Assembly: GCF_006345805.1 (NCBI RefSeq)
Contig: NC_043010.1
Span: forward strand, 14,260,001 to 14,324,000
Direction: 5' to 3'
Length of the DNA: 64,000 nt
Origin: Octopus sinensis
Taxonomy: Eukaryota
Program-made: the position numbers and the translations under genes
Notes under the pieces: model-generated
The model's database searches: none
Seen by the model: the letters and a program-made list of their open reading frames with translations, nothing else
Told to the model about the DNA's origin: nothing
Shown: positions 11,563 to 23,318 of the stretch, piece after piece
Position numbering within the stretch: the first letter of the stretch is position 1
Layout of the letters: each line of letters opens with the position of its first letter

Positions 11563-11700
11563 TCTCTCTATATATAAACGGCAAAATGTCTGTCTGTTTG
11601 AGTGTCCTTTATACAAATCCACAATGTTTCAGTTAGAGGGCTCGCACTTTCTTTGGTCACTCAAAACCGTCCAAGGGTGGTTGTGCACATCTTTACATTT
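11563..11700 (+). mobile_element. Non-autonomous Helitron, 5' fragment
   Basis: A|TCTCTCTATATATAAAC start; matches the 5' part of 38219-38531. Confidence 0.7.
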
Positions 11701-12389
11701 CCCGGAACCATTTGGTTCGTAAGCAAGCTACTTACCATACAGCCACTCCTACACCTATTTTTTTTTTTTTTAAACTGCATTTGTTTCAATTTAAAAATAT
11801 TCTTTTCTTTATCTTTCAGTCCTTGGACCCTAGCCAAGCTGGGGCATGGCTTCCAAGGGTTCAGTCAAACGAATCAATCCTAGTACTTTTTTTAAAACCT
11901 GGCACCCATTGATTTCTTTTGCCAAAGATACAGAGACATAAACAAACCAATACACACACACAAATATATACATACAATGGGCTTCTTTCAGTTTCCATCT
12001 AGAAAATCCACTCACTTCTTATCACACAGCTATGCCTGCACATATAGCCATAGTAAATTTAATAAAATACTTGGAAACCATCCCACTTGAGACAACCTCT
12101 GGTCCTATTAAACAACTTCCTATTTTAAAGTGATCCATATTAAACCTGATATCAAAATTTTATGATAATTTTATATTTCAAATACTAGCTTAATAATGAT
12201 AAGGTTACTTTACTAAATTTTTCATTATTTTCTAAATTAACAATCGCAGGTGTGGCTATATGGTAAGAAGTTTGCTTCCGTTCCCACCGCAGCACACCTT
12301 GGGTGAGTGTCTCTTACTATAGCCTTGGGCGGACCAAAGCCTTGTAAGTGGATTTAGTAGAGGGAAACTGAACGAAGCCCATTGTGTGT

Positions 12390-12700
12390 CATCATTGTTT
12401 AACGTCCGTTTTCATTGTAGCATGGGTTGCACAGTTCGACCGGGGTCTGGGAAGCCAGAAGGCTGCGCCAGGCTCCAGTCTGGTCTGGCAGTGTTTCTAC
12501 AACTGGATGCCCTTCCTAATGCCAAACACTCTGCGAGTGTAGTGGGTGCTTTTTACATGCCACCGGCACAGGGGCCAGAGGAGGCTGGCAAACGGCCACG
12601 ATCGGTTGGTGCTTTTTAAGTGTCACTGACACGGACGCCAATTAGGTGGCGCTAGCATCAGCCACGTTCGGATGGTGCTTTTTAAGTGCCACCGGCACAT
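12390..12700 (-). mobile_element. S3 element
   Basis: Same conserved block and tail as 2540-2890. Confidence 0.8.
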
Positions 12701-12763
12701 AGGCATATATAATTAACTAAAATGTAATTAAATTAATTATACTGTATTCAAACTCTCCATTTT

Positions 12764-12810
<47 letters not shown>

Positions 12811-13543
12811 TTATATCAGGCATGTACCGTCAGTAATTACTTAGAGTAGGTAGTTGATGACCTTTATGAAGTAAAACACAAAATTAAGCAAAACAGAGAT
12901 GCACAACTGAGTTGAAGGCAGATTTATTTCTGTCTTTATAGCACGTAAAGAAAACAGTGTTGCAGGAGTGTACGCAGCATGTGTACTACAGCAGTACTAT
13001 GTGTAGCTTAAATACTGAGATTGAAAAAGCAGGGCAAATTATGCCTACCTAATCTACAAAAAAAAAATATATATTTTGCATTTTATGCATAGTAATCAGA
13101 GTAACCTTCATAATTTTACTGAATTAGGTGCATATTTTGCCATAAAAGGAAAATGTTGATATCGATCTATTTTATTCAGAGTAGGCACTGCCTACCTCGC
13201 CAGCAGGTTCCGGACGGACGGACGGACATGTGTGTGCATGACTGTGTTTCTCCCTCACCACTTCTTGACAACCAGTGCTGATGTATTGATGTCCACATAA
13301 CTTAACAATTTGGCTTAAGAGACCCATAGAATGAGTACCAGGTGTAAAAAACAAGTAACAGGGACAATTTGTTCAAATGAAATTCTTTAAGACAATGCCC
13401 CAGCATGGCCGCAGTCTAATGACTGAAACAAGTAAAAGAATAAAAGCAGTGTAATTCAACAGAAATATGGTAACAAAAAGGTTAAGCTGCTGTGTGGAAC
13501 ACAAATTAACATGTTTTGATAGGAAGTTTTACCTAAGATCACT

Positions 13544-14354
13544 TTAACCCCTTAGTGTTCATATTAGTCTGTCAAATGCAATTGTTTTGAATCAATTATG
13601 CATTTTCTCATAGCTTTGAGATTTTCATGATGTGATTACTTATTCTTAGAATGAGATTGTAGTGTAGGTGTGACATGCCAGATCTGGCCAGTTTGAATAT
13701 TAAACAGGTAGAATGCTTGGGCTGGATATGGTTTGTTTAAACTAGCCATACCTGGCCAAAATATTCTACCTGTTTTATCATAAAACCAGCCAAATTTCAC
13801 ATCTACCCTACAATGTCACTCTAAAAATAAACAATCACATCATCAAAATCTCAAACCTACAACACCTATTTCTTTACTACCCACAAGGGGCTAAACACAG
13901 AGGGAACAAACAAGGACAGACAAACGGATTAAGTTGATTACATCGACCCCAGTGCGTAAATGGTACTTAATTTATCGACCCCGAAAGGATGAAAGGCAAA
14001 GTCGACCTCGGTGGAATTTCAACTCAGAACGTAGCGACAGGCGAAATACCTATTTCTTTATTACCCACAAGGGGCTAAACAAGGACTGACAAAAGGATTA
14101 GGTCGATTATATCGACCCCAGTGCGAAACTGGTACTTTATTTATCGACCCCGAAAGGATGAAAGGCAAAGTCGACCTCGGCGGAATTTGAACCCAGAACG
14201 TAACGGCAGATGAAATACAGCTACGCATTTCGCCCGGCATGCTAACGTTTCTGCCAGCTCGCCGCCTACAACATAATATCATGATTAATTCAAAACAATG
14301 TAAATAAATAAACATCACATTTTTAACAGAGTAATCTGAATGTTAAAGAGTTAA
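13544..14354. mobile_element. Two P1 MITEs fused head-to-head; the right copy is interrupted by an S2 dimer
   Basis: TTAA at 13544 and 14351; symmetry centre GTTTAAAC at about 13735-13742. Confidence 0.7.
13865..14264 (-). mobile_element. SINE S2 dimer with 9-bp TSD CCTACAACA
   Basis: Two units joined at AAAGAAATAG/GTATTTCG; TSD read on both sides. Confidence 0.85.
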
Positions 14355-14583
14355 AACAAAAATATGCAATTTGAGGGAAATTTTGCTGTTATTTCTAGAA
14401 GGTTGAGTGACCACTTAGAGATTCTTTTCGTTCATCCTATTTACTTATAGAGTTGGAGTGATCGGCACTTAACTCTAGTGGTGTATATCCCAGTGCTTGG
14501 AGATAATTAGGTTAATCCTGCTACTAATTTTGTGTGTCAATGTTTATTTTTGCTTTATATTTGGCTTTATCGAGAGAAAAAGA

Positions 14584-14786
14584 TTAACCCTTTCGTTACT
14601 GTATTTATTTTGAGATGCTCTGTGTTTCTTTTAATTAATTTTAAAAATAACAAAGAATTTAGTAAAATAACTTAGTTATCATTAAGATAGTGTTAGGAAT
14701 ATAAATTGTGACTAAGATTTGGAAACAAGACATTTATACCACAGAACCAGAGGCAGTTTCAGCCGGGTTGGTAATGAAAGGGTTAA
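14584..14786. mobile_element. piggyBac-like MITE family P2
   Basis: TTAA-CCCTTTCGTTAC ... GTAATGAAAGGG-TTAA. Confidence 0.75.
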
Positions 14787-14971
14787 AATTGTTAGGATGA
14801 TAATGTCATAGTGTTCTGGAGTGTCGCAGATGCACCTTCATCAAATGGTAAGAATACTATTGTAGTAATGTACTGGCGTATATTAAAGACGTCTGGACTG
14901 AGCAGGAGAGGTGATAATGTTCCGGACGAAGTATTGCCTTGAGCTAGCTGGACTGAGTGGGAAGAACAATG

Positions 14972-15381
14972 GGATCTTTTCGGTTCGAACGGCAGTTTTT
15001 AACATAATTTCTAGGTAACTAAAAAATGTTAAACTTCGTATACTGGTAGAATGTGTTTATAAAACATCTTTTTCTCTTGGCTTTATTGAGAAAATTCTAT
15101 AGTTTGTAAGATATTTGTTGTTGTTTTTTCTTCAATTTCTGCAATTTCAACCAATCAATGATGTCCATTGAGGTAAAAAAAAAAACATTCTGTGCCGTAT
15201 GAATATGTCCCTCGTTTAAGAAACGGATTGGGTTTATTTACATTTGTGAAGAAAAAAAGATACCCTTCCCCCACCCCTAAAACAGATTGAAATGCAATAG
15301 ATCGATACTAGGGTCATAATTATGGGTGACAATTTCATATGACATCACTAGAAAAAAGTGCTGTTCAAACTGAAAAGATCC
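14972..15381 (+). mobile_element. Merlin-like MITE M1, 8-bp TSD GAACAATG
   Basis: ~29-bp TIR GGATCTTTTCGGTT(T/C)GAACGGCAGTTTTT; TSD at 14964-14971 and 15382-15389. GG-starting TIR with 8-bp TSD fits Merlin. Confidence 0.8.
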
Positions 15382-15619
15382 GAACAATGTCTAAAACAGA
15401 TTGAAATGCAATAGATCGATACTAGGGTCATAATTATGGGTGACAATTTCATATGACAGCGCTAGAAAAAACTGCCATTCAAACCAAAAAGTTCCGAACA
15501 ATGTCTAAAACAGATTGAAATGCAATAGACCGATACTAGGGTCATAATTATGGGTGACAATTTCATATGACACTGCTAGAAAAAACTGCCGTTCAAACCG
15601 AAAAGATCCGAACAATGTC
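15277..15619. repeat. Three tandem 114-bp copies of the M1 right end plus TSD
   Basis: CTAAAACAGATTGAAATGC at 15277, 15391 and 15505. Confidence 0.9.
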
Positions 15620-15764
15620 CTTAAGATGGTGCTGTAGAAGTGTTCTGGACTGAGTGGAAGGGATAATAGAGTAAGGATGGTGCTGTAGTGGTATCCTGAA
15701 GTGTTGTAGATGGGTTTGGATTGAGTGGGAGAAATAGTGTTATGGAATGTTATAGGATGTTCTG

Positions 15765-16096
15765 TGGTTAGAAGCTTGCTTCTCAACCACATGGTTCTAG
15801 GTTCAGTCCTACTGCATGGCACCTTGTGCAAGTATTTTCTACTATAGCCTTGGGCCGACCAAAGTCTTGTGAGTGGATGTGGTAGATGGAAACTGAAAGA
15901 AGCCTATTGTATGTGTGTGTGTGTGTGTGTCGCTTGTCCCCACCCTCATCACCACCACCACTTAACAACCAGTGTTGGTGTGTTTACGTCCCCATAACTT
16001 AGCAGTTTGGCAAAAAGGACTGGGGTCGATTCATTCTTCAAGGCGGTGCCCCAGCATGGCCATAGTCTAATGACTGAAACAAATAAAAGGTAAAAG
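15765..16096 (+). mobile_element. SINE S1, diverged
   Basis: Aligns to 16974-17364. Confidence 0.7.
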
Positions 16097-16443
16097 ACAT
16101 CCCTGCAGGGTAGTATTGTTTTGGAGTGTTGTAAGATCTATCTTGATTTGAGTGTGAGTGGGAGTGATATATAGCTCTAGTGATGTTGTAGTAAGTGTTT
16201 TAGAGTGCTGCAGACATGTTCTTGACTGAATGGAAGAAACAATGCTCTTATGATATTTTGTGGTAGAGTTCTGGGGTTATTATAAATGTGTCTGAGTGTC
16301 TGAGGATGACTATGCTTATTGTGACAAGGACTGTGAGGTATGGAGCTTATTGTGACATTAAACTGTTTAAGTGTATCTCTAGGTAGTTGTGACCATCCCA
16401 TCTTATTTTCAGACACAATCTAGGACTACATTATCCTATATAC

Positions 16444-16644
16444 CAGTGGTTCTCAACCAGGGTTCCGCCAGTACAGTCCGGGGGTTTCGCAAGAAGTTAC
16501 AAAACGGCTAAAATTGGCAGTAATTTTAAATTCTCCTGTGCAGATATGTGTGCATAAGACTATTAAATTATTGCACAGGGGTTCCCCGAGCCAGTGGAAT
16601 GTTTCCTTGGGGTTCCGCTGCAGCAAAAAGTTTGAAAAGCACTG
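16444..16644. mobile_element. hAT (Charlie-like) MITE, 8-bp TSD CTATATAC
   Basis: Termini CAGTGGTTCTCAA / TTGAAAAGCACTG; TSD at 16436-16443 and 16645-16652. Confidence 0.85.
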
Positions 16645-16973
16645 CTATATACCCTTAACTTTTTCTTTTCCGGCTTTTTTTTTTTGAGATAGAAGGGTGA
16701 TGCTGATGATGGTGTGATGCTGATGATGGTGTGATTTGGTTGCTATTTCTAGCAAGCTAGGCAAACGAGTGGAGGCTATCTCTTAGTAATGTAAAAGTAA
16801 TAAGAAAAGGTAGTGGAGATGGTGGTGGTGGTGGTGGGGTTGGGTAATGTGTTTGTGTGTCTGTTTGAGCATGTGTATGCCAATAGTTGTTATATGGTGC
16901 TGGTATGTGCATGTATACCTGAAGGATGGATGAAAGAGGAAAACAACAGTGTATCTAGGGGCTACATTATCCC

Positions 16974-17364
16974 ATAGGCGCAGGAGTGGCTGTGTGGTAA
17001 GTAGCTTGCTTACCAACCACAGGGTTCCAGGTTCAGTCCCACTAAGTGGCATCTTGGGCAAGTGTCTTCTGCTATAGCCCCGGGCCGACCAATGCCTTGT
17101 GAGTGGATTTGGTAGACGGAAACTGAAAGAAGCCCGTCCTATATATGTATATATATGTGTATGTGTGTGTGTCCCCCTAGCATTGCTTGACAACCGATGC
17201 TGGTGTGTTTACGTCCCCATCACTTAGCGGTTCGGCAAAAAAGACCGATAGAATAAGTACTGGGCTTACAAAGAATAAGTCCTGGGGGTCGAGTTGCTCG
17301 ACTAAAGGCGGTGCTCCAGCATGGCCGCAGTCAAATGACCGAAACAAGTAAAAGAGTAAAGAGT
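16974..17364 (+). mobile_element. SINE S1, full length
   Basis: ATAGGCGCAGGAGTGGCTGTGTGG head through AAACAAGTAAAAGAGT tail. Confidence 0.88.
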
Positions 17365-18129
17365 ATATGCCCCTGCCCCTTTTTTGTGATAGCAGGGTGT
17401 GATTTGGCTGCTATTTCTAGCAATCTGAGCAACCAAGTGGAGGCTAACTCATAGTAATGTAAAATAGGAAAAGGTGGTGGAGATGGTGGTGGTGGTGGTG
17501 GTAGGGAAGTGTGTGTGTGTGTGCTTGAGCATATGTTTGCCAAGAGTTGTTATGTAGTGGTGGTGGTGTGTGAAGGGGTGTTGATATACCTGAAGGATGA
17601 AAGAGAGGAAGATGAGGAGTAGGGGGGGTCTGAAGGTGAACTAAGGTAACTAACAAACACAGCTGACCTTGAAATATCCAATAATATGAGAGGTAGAAGA
17701 GAGAGAAAAAGAGAGAGAGAGAGAGAGAGTGTGTGTGTGTGTGTGTATGCATCTGTGTTTGTATTCTTAGTGCCAGCCATGTGTGTGAAAGTGAGTGAGC
17801 GTGTCTGTGTGTGTATGGGTGTGTGTGTGCGTGCGTGTAAGCAAGCAGTGCCCTTTTTTTTTGTCCTGGTCCAGGGTCACAATCTACCATGCACCTTCTG
17901 TTTGACCAGGGGGGATGGGGAGGAGGGTGAAGTAACAGTGAGGAAGGAGAATATCGCTCAAGAGGAAGCAGACAGGTGAAACATCACCTCACCCCTACAA
18001 ACACCATATACCCTTTCTCACTTCCTTTCTTTCTTCCCAGTGCATGATGTCACTATGTAGTCCCTTCCTTCCTTCCTTCCTTCCTCCCACCCCACCTACT
18101 GATAGTGTACGTACACACAATGTCCTCTC

Positions 18130-18510
18130 CGAAATACTTTGCGGTATTTCGACTGTCGTTACGTTCTGAGTTCAAATTCCACCGAAGTCGACTTTGCCTT
18201 TCATCCTTTCAGGGTCGATAAATAAAGTACCAGTTACACACTGGGGTTGATGTAATCAACTTAATCCCTTTGTCTGTCCTTGTTTGTCTCTTCTGTGTTT
18301 AGCCCCTTGTGGGTAATAAAGAAATAGGTATTTCGTCTGCCATTACGTTCTGAGTTCAAATTCCACCGAGGTTGACTTTGCCTTTCATTCTTTCAGAGTC
18401 GATAAACAAAGTACCAGTTTCGCACTGGGGTCGATGTAATCGACTTAATCCTTTTGTCTGTCCTTGTTTGTCTCCTCTATGATTATCCCCTTGTGGGCAA
18501 TAAAGAAACA
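18130..18510 (+). mobile_element. SINE S2 dimer
   Basis: Junction AAAGAAATAG/GTATTTCG at about 18326. Confidence 0.82.
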
Positions 18511-19219
18511 TATACTTCAACAGAAGAATTCCTCTCAGCAAATAAGAACTACACCACTCTCTCCGCCTAATTCACCTAATCTACTTCCACCATACCACCC
18601 ATCACTGGATGATCTCATCCAGATAAAACACACACACACTGACCACACAGTTCTGTATCATTCCCTGTCATCATACATTCACCATCACCACTAGTACCAT
18701 TATATAACCTAGTGTTTCTCAACATGGGTCCATATGGCCCTTAGAAGTCCATTTAAGATTTTGCTGTCAAAAATTTATCTGCAATAAATTGGTTATACTT
18801 CCACCACCGCCGTCGTCGTTGTTGTTTAATGTCTACCTTCCATGCTGGCATTGGTGGGACAGTTTGACAAGAGCTGACCAGGCAGAAGCCTGCACCAGAC
18901 TTCTGTAACTGTTTTGGCAGGATTTTTACAGCTGGATGCCCTTCCTGACACCAACCACTCAGCAGAGTAGACTTAATACTTTTTATGTGGCACAAGCACA
19001 GGCGAGGTCAGTTTTAGCAAGGTTTTTACAGCTGGATGTCCTTCCAAATGCCAACTACTTCACAGTGTGGACCGAGTGCTTTTAAGTAGTGCCTGTACTG
19101 ACAGGGTCACCAAGTACTTGCAAGACAAAAAAAAACTCTTTTGAGAGGGGAGGAGGCACTGGAGGTGATCTTGTGTCAGATGATGAAAGGTTATAGTGAG
19201 ACAGAAAGACAGAAACAGG

Positions 19220-19623
19220 TGAGCTGGCAGAAACGTTAGCACTCCGAAATGCTTAGCGGTATTTCGTCTGCCGCTACGTTCTGAATTCAAATTCCGCCGA
19301 GGTCGACTTTGCCTTTCATCCTTTCGGGGTCGATAAATTAAGTACCAGTTATGCACTGGGGTCGATGTAATCGACTTAATCCCTTTGTCTGTCCTTGTTG
19401 TCCCCTCTATGTTTAGACCCTTGTGGGTAGTAAAGAAATAGGTATTTCGTCTGCGGCTGCGTTCTGAGTTCAAATTCCGCCGAGGTCAACTTTGCCTTTC
19501 ATCCTTTCGGGGTCGATAAATTAAGTACCAGTTATGCACTGGGTCGATGTAATCAACTTAATCCGTTTGTCTGTCCTTGTTTGTCCCCTCTATGTTTAGC
19601 CCCTTGTGGGTAGTAAAGAAATA
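19220..19623 (+). mobile_element. SINE S2 dimer with ~17-bp TSD AGAAAGACAGAAACAGG
   Basis: TSD read on both sides; junction at about 19440. Confidence 0.85.
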
Positions 19624-20069
19624 AGAAAGACAGAAACAGGCTACCCAGCTGGAGAGAGAGAGAGAGAGAGATCGGGAATGAAGACAGAAACAGGTGCTCC
19701 GCCACAAAGGAAATACATGGTTACCCAGCCTAAGGGAAGTACAGAAGGAGAGAGTGAGTGGGAGACAGCAGGATAGAGATGTTGGTAATGTGCCGGGTAT
19801 ACTCACAAGGGACAGGGATCAAAATATAAATAGGATGGTTGAGTAAAGGAAGACAGAGGTGGTGGCAAATGCCAGGGCATACCCTTGAGGTTCAAACGTC
19901 ATATATTTTAACAATTTTTTAATAAAATTCCTAATAATATTTAATTATAAAAATATAATTCAACATTGAATAGCTAGCAGGGTCCAGTTGGGACACAGCC
20001 TTGAAGAATTTTTAATTGGATGTATTGACATCAGAATGTTTTTTTCTTATTTTTACTTGTAGCAGTCAT

Positions 20070-20112
<43 letters not shown>

Positions 20113-20329
20113 ACTGTGTTTAATTGTGCAGAACAGACCATCCTTGAATAAATATGCTGTGGTGGTTGTCATTGTCTTGAACGCTGACCATTCTTGCCAC
20201 AGGACAATTTCCAGCCAAATAGACAGAAAGATAAATAGAGAGAGAGAGAGAGAGAGGAGAGAATGGGGGGAAAAGAGAGAGAAAGAGAGATTGAAAGGTC
20301 TCAATTCTTTGAAAATTTTGGCACTTTAG

Positions 20330-21135
20330 AAAGGAAAGGAATTATAACAATCTGAGGTACGAAGACAATATGGCTTTGTTTGCAGACTGTCTCTTCACTC
20401 TTCACACAGAAGAGACGCTTCAGGGATTGATCAATATCGTGACTGAGGAGATTGGAAAGCTTGGACTGACGATTAACTTCCAGAAAACCTTCTCAAGAAA
20501 GCATAGGTACTTGCATGTCACTTGACGGTGAATGGAACTGGGATAGAGCAGGTCAGTTTCATATATCTGGGAAGTTGGATAACATCAGCTGGAAAGTCAT
20601 ATAAGGACATCAAGTGCAAAATTGGATTAGCAAAGAAGACTTTTATGGATAAGAGAAGCATTTTTTGTGCAAAGAGAATTGGAATGAAAGTCAAGAAAAG
20701 ACAACTGAAGTGCTAAATCTGGTTGGTGCTAACGTATGGATGTGAGTCTTGGACAATAAGGAGTCATGGAGAAGAGACTCAAAGCTGCAGAAATGTGGTT
20801 TTCCAGAAAAATGTTGAGAATCTTGTGGGTACAGAGGGTGACGAATGTGGAAGTGTTGAAGAAGATGAAAGTGGAGAGACAGTTGATGGATACTATCAGA
20901 GAGAGGCAGTGGAGATTTGTTGGTCATTTTCTCAGAGAGGATGATGGAATGGAGCGTTACATGGTGGAGAAGAAGAGCTGGTGGGAAGGAGAGCGAGAGA
21001 GGAAGGCAGAGAACGAAGATGTTCGACTGGATGAAGAAGAGACTGAATGCGCAGATCGAGAAAGACCCGGGTGATGTTGAGAGAGACAGAAATAAATGGA
21101 GGAGGAACAAGCCATGATTCGTCAAAGGTGTGAAT
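20330..21135 (+). mobile_element. Decayed RTE (BovB-like) LINE, RT C-terminal half and 3' end
   Basis: Frameshifted peptides resembling GRNINNLRYADD, FIYLGSWITS, LTYGCESWTI, RLKAAEMWFSRKMLRILW. Confidence 0.88.
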
Positions 21136-21142
21136 ATGCCAT

Positions 21143-22485
21143 AAGGCGGCCAGCTGGCAGAAACGTTAGCATGCCGGACGAAATGCTTAGCTGTGTTTCG
21201 TCTGCCATTACGTTCTGAGTTCAAATACTGCCGAGGTCGACTTTGCCTTTCATCCTTTCGGGGTCAATTAAATAAGTACCAGTTACGCACTGGGGTCGAT
21301 ATACTTGACTTAATCCGTTTGTCTGTCCATGTTTGTCTCCTCTATGTTTAGCCCCTTGTGGGTAATAAAGAAATAGGTATTTCGTCTGCCGCTACGTTCT
21401 GAGTTCAAATACCGCCGAGGTCGACTTTGCCTTTCATCCTTTCGGGGTCAATTAAATAAGTACCAGTTACGCACTGGGATCGATATAATCGACTTAATCC
21501 ATTTGTCTGTCCTTGTTTGTCCCTTCTGTGTTTAGCCCCTTGTGGGTAGTAAAGAAATAGGTATTTCGTCTGCTGCTACGTTCTGAGTTCAAATACCGCC
21601 GAGGTCGACTTTGCCTTTCATCCTTTCGGGGTCAATTAAATAAGTACCAGTTACGCACTGGGATCGATATAATCGACTTAATCCATTTGTCTGTCCTTGT
21701 TTGTCCCTTCTGTGTTTAGCTCCTTGTGGGTAGTAAAGAAATAGGTATTTCGTCTGCCATTACGTTCTGAGTTCAAATACTGCCGAGGTCGACTTTGCCT
21801 TTCATCCTTTCGGGGTCAATTAAATAAGTACCAGTTACGCACTGGGGTCGATATAATCGACTTAATCCGTTTGTCTGTCCGTGTTTGTCCCCTCTGTGTT
21901 TAGCCCCTTGTGGGTAGTAAAGAAATAGGTATTTCGTCTGCCGTTATGTTCTGAGTTCAAATTCCGCCGAGGTCGACTTTGCCTTTCATCCTTTCGGGGT
22001 CGATTAAATAAGTACCAGTTACGCTCTGGGGTCGATATAATCGACTTAATCCATTTGTCTGTCCTTGTTTGTCCCTTCTGTGTTTAGCTCCTTGTGGGTA
22101 GTAAAGAAATAGGTATTTCATCTGCCATTACGTTCTGAGTTCAAATACCGCCGAGGTCGACTTTGCCTTTCATCCTTTCGGGGTCAATTAAATAAGTACC
22201 AGTTACGCACTGGGGTCGATATAATCGACTTAATCCGTTTGTCTGTCCGTGTTTGTCCCCTCTGTGTTTAGCCCCTTGTGGGTAGTAAAGAAATAGGTAT
22301 TTCGTCTGCCGTTATGTTCTGAGTTCAAATACCGCCGAGGTCGACTTTGCCTTTCATCCTTTCGGGGTCGATTAAATAAGTACCAGTTACGCTCTGGGGT
22401 CGATATAATTGACTTAATCTGTTTGTCTGTCCATGTTTGTCCCCCTCTGTGTTTAGCCCCTTGTGGGTAATAAAGAAATAGGTAT
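21143..22485 (+). mobile_element. SINE S2 heptamer: one head followed by 7 tandem 184-bp units
   Basis: Unit starts at 21193, 21377, 21561, 21745, 21929, 22113 and 22297. Confidence 0.93.
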
Positions 22486-23072
22486 GAATATGCCACGACA
22501 CAAGAGAGTGTGTAAATGGACAAAACACCCACGCTTCTGAGATGGTGTCTCAATTATGTTTTGTAGGACAAACAGACAGAAACTCTCTTTTACATATATA
22601 GATAACGGGATTCTTTCAGCTTCTGTTTGCCAGATCCACTCACAAGGCTTTGGTCAACCTGGGGCAATAAAAAACACTTAGTGAAAGAATGCCGTACAGT
22701 GAGATTGAAACCAAGTCCAAATAGTTGGGAAACAAGTTTCTTAACCATAGTCGTGTCTCCTAAAGTATTATTGTTTATTTCTTTAGAAAATCCAATGGCC
22801 TTTATGCTTGTATTATGTTTTGATTCGGATTTTTTTTTGCGTTGAAGCAAGTACCTTGACCTCCTAATATGCTGCAAATCCCTTATTTTGGTTCGGAAAA
22901 AAGGGGGACCCCCCACTCCCAGAAACATTGGAATTTTTTTTTTTTTTTATTGAATGAATTCCTGTGACCTCCTAATATGCTGTAAAACCCTTTTTGGGGG
23001 GTCCGAAAGACGGGGTGGAGTTAGGTGGAAGGATCGTCCCCCACCCCACCCCCGCACCATTGATTTTTTTCA

Positions 23073-23318
23073 CCTGCACGATTTTCACTAAGGCAAAAAA
23101 AAAAAAAAAAACTTTGTGTGGAATCAAGTACCCAGACCTCCTAATATGCTGCAAATCCCTTATTTTGGTTCGGAAAGGGGGGCGAGGGAAGCCCCAACCC
23201 CAACTTTTTTTTCCGAATCAAAATAAGTTTTTTCGAGCATATTAGATCAGGGTACTTGATTTCCACGCAAAAAATCCGATTTAAAAAAATTTTTATCCCT
23301 TAGTGAAAATCGTGCGGG
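23073..23318. repeat. Fold-back (long imperfect inverted repeat) element; extra arm copies at about 22830-22990
   Basis: CTGCACGATTTTCACTAAGG pairs with CCTTAGTGAAAATCGTGCGG; inner arms 23113-23175 and 23212-23270 are reverse complements. Confidence 0.75.

Noticed and set aside
21193-22481. Regularly spaced repeats resembling a CRISPR array or retrozyme
   Set aside because: Units are contiguous SINE copies with no unique spacers in eukaryotic DNA; no CUGANGA/GAAA hammerhead core was found in the 184-bp unit on either strand.
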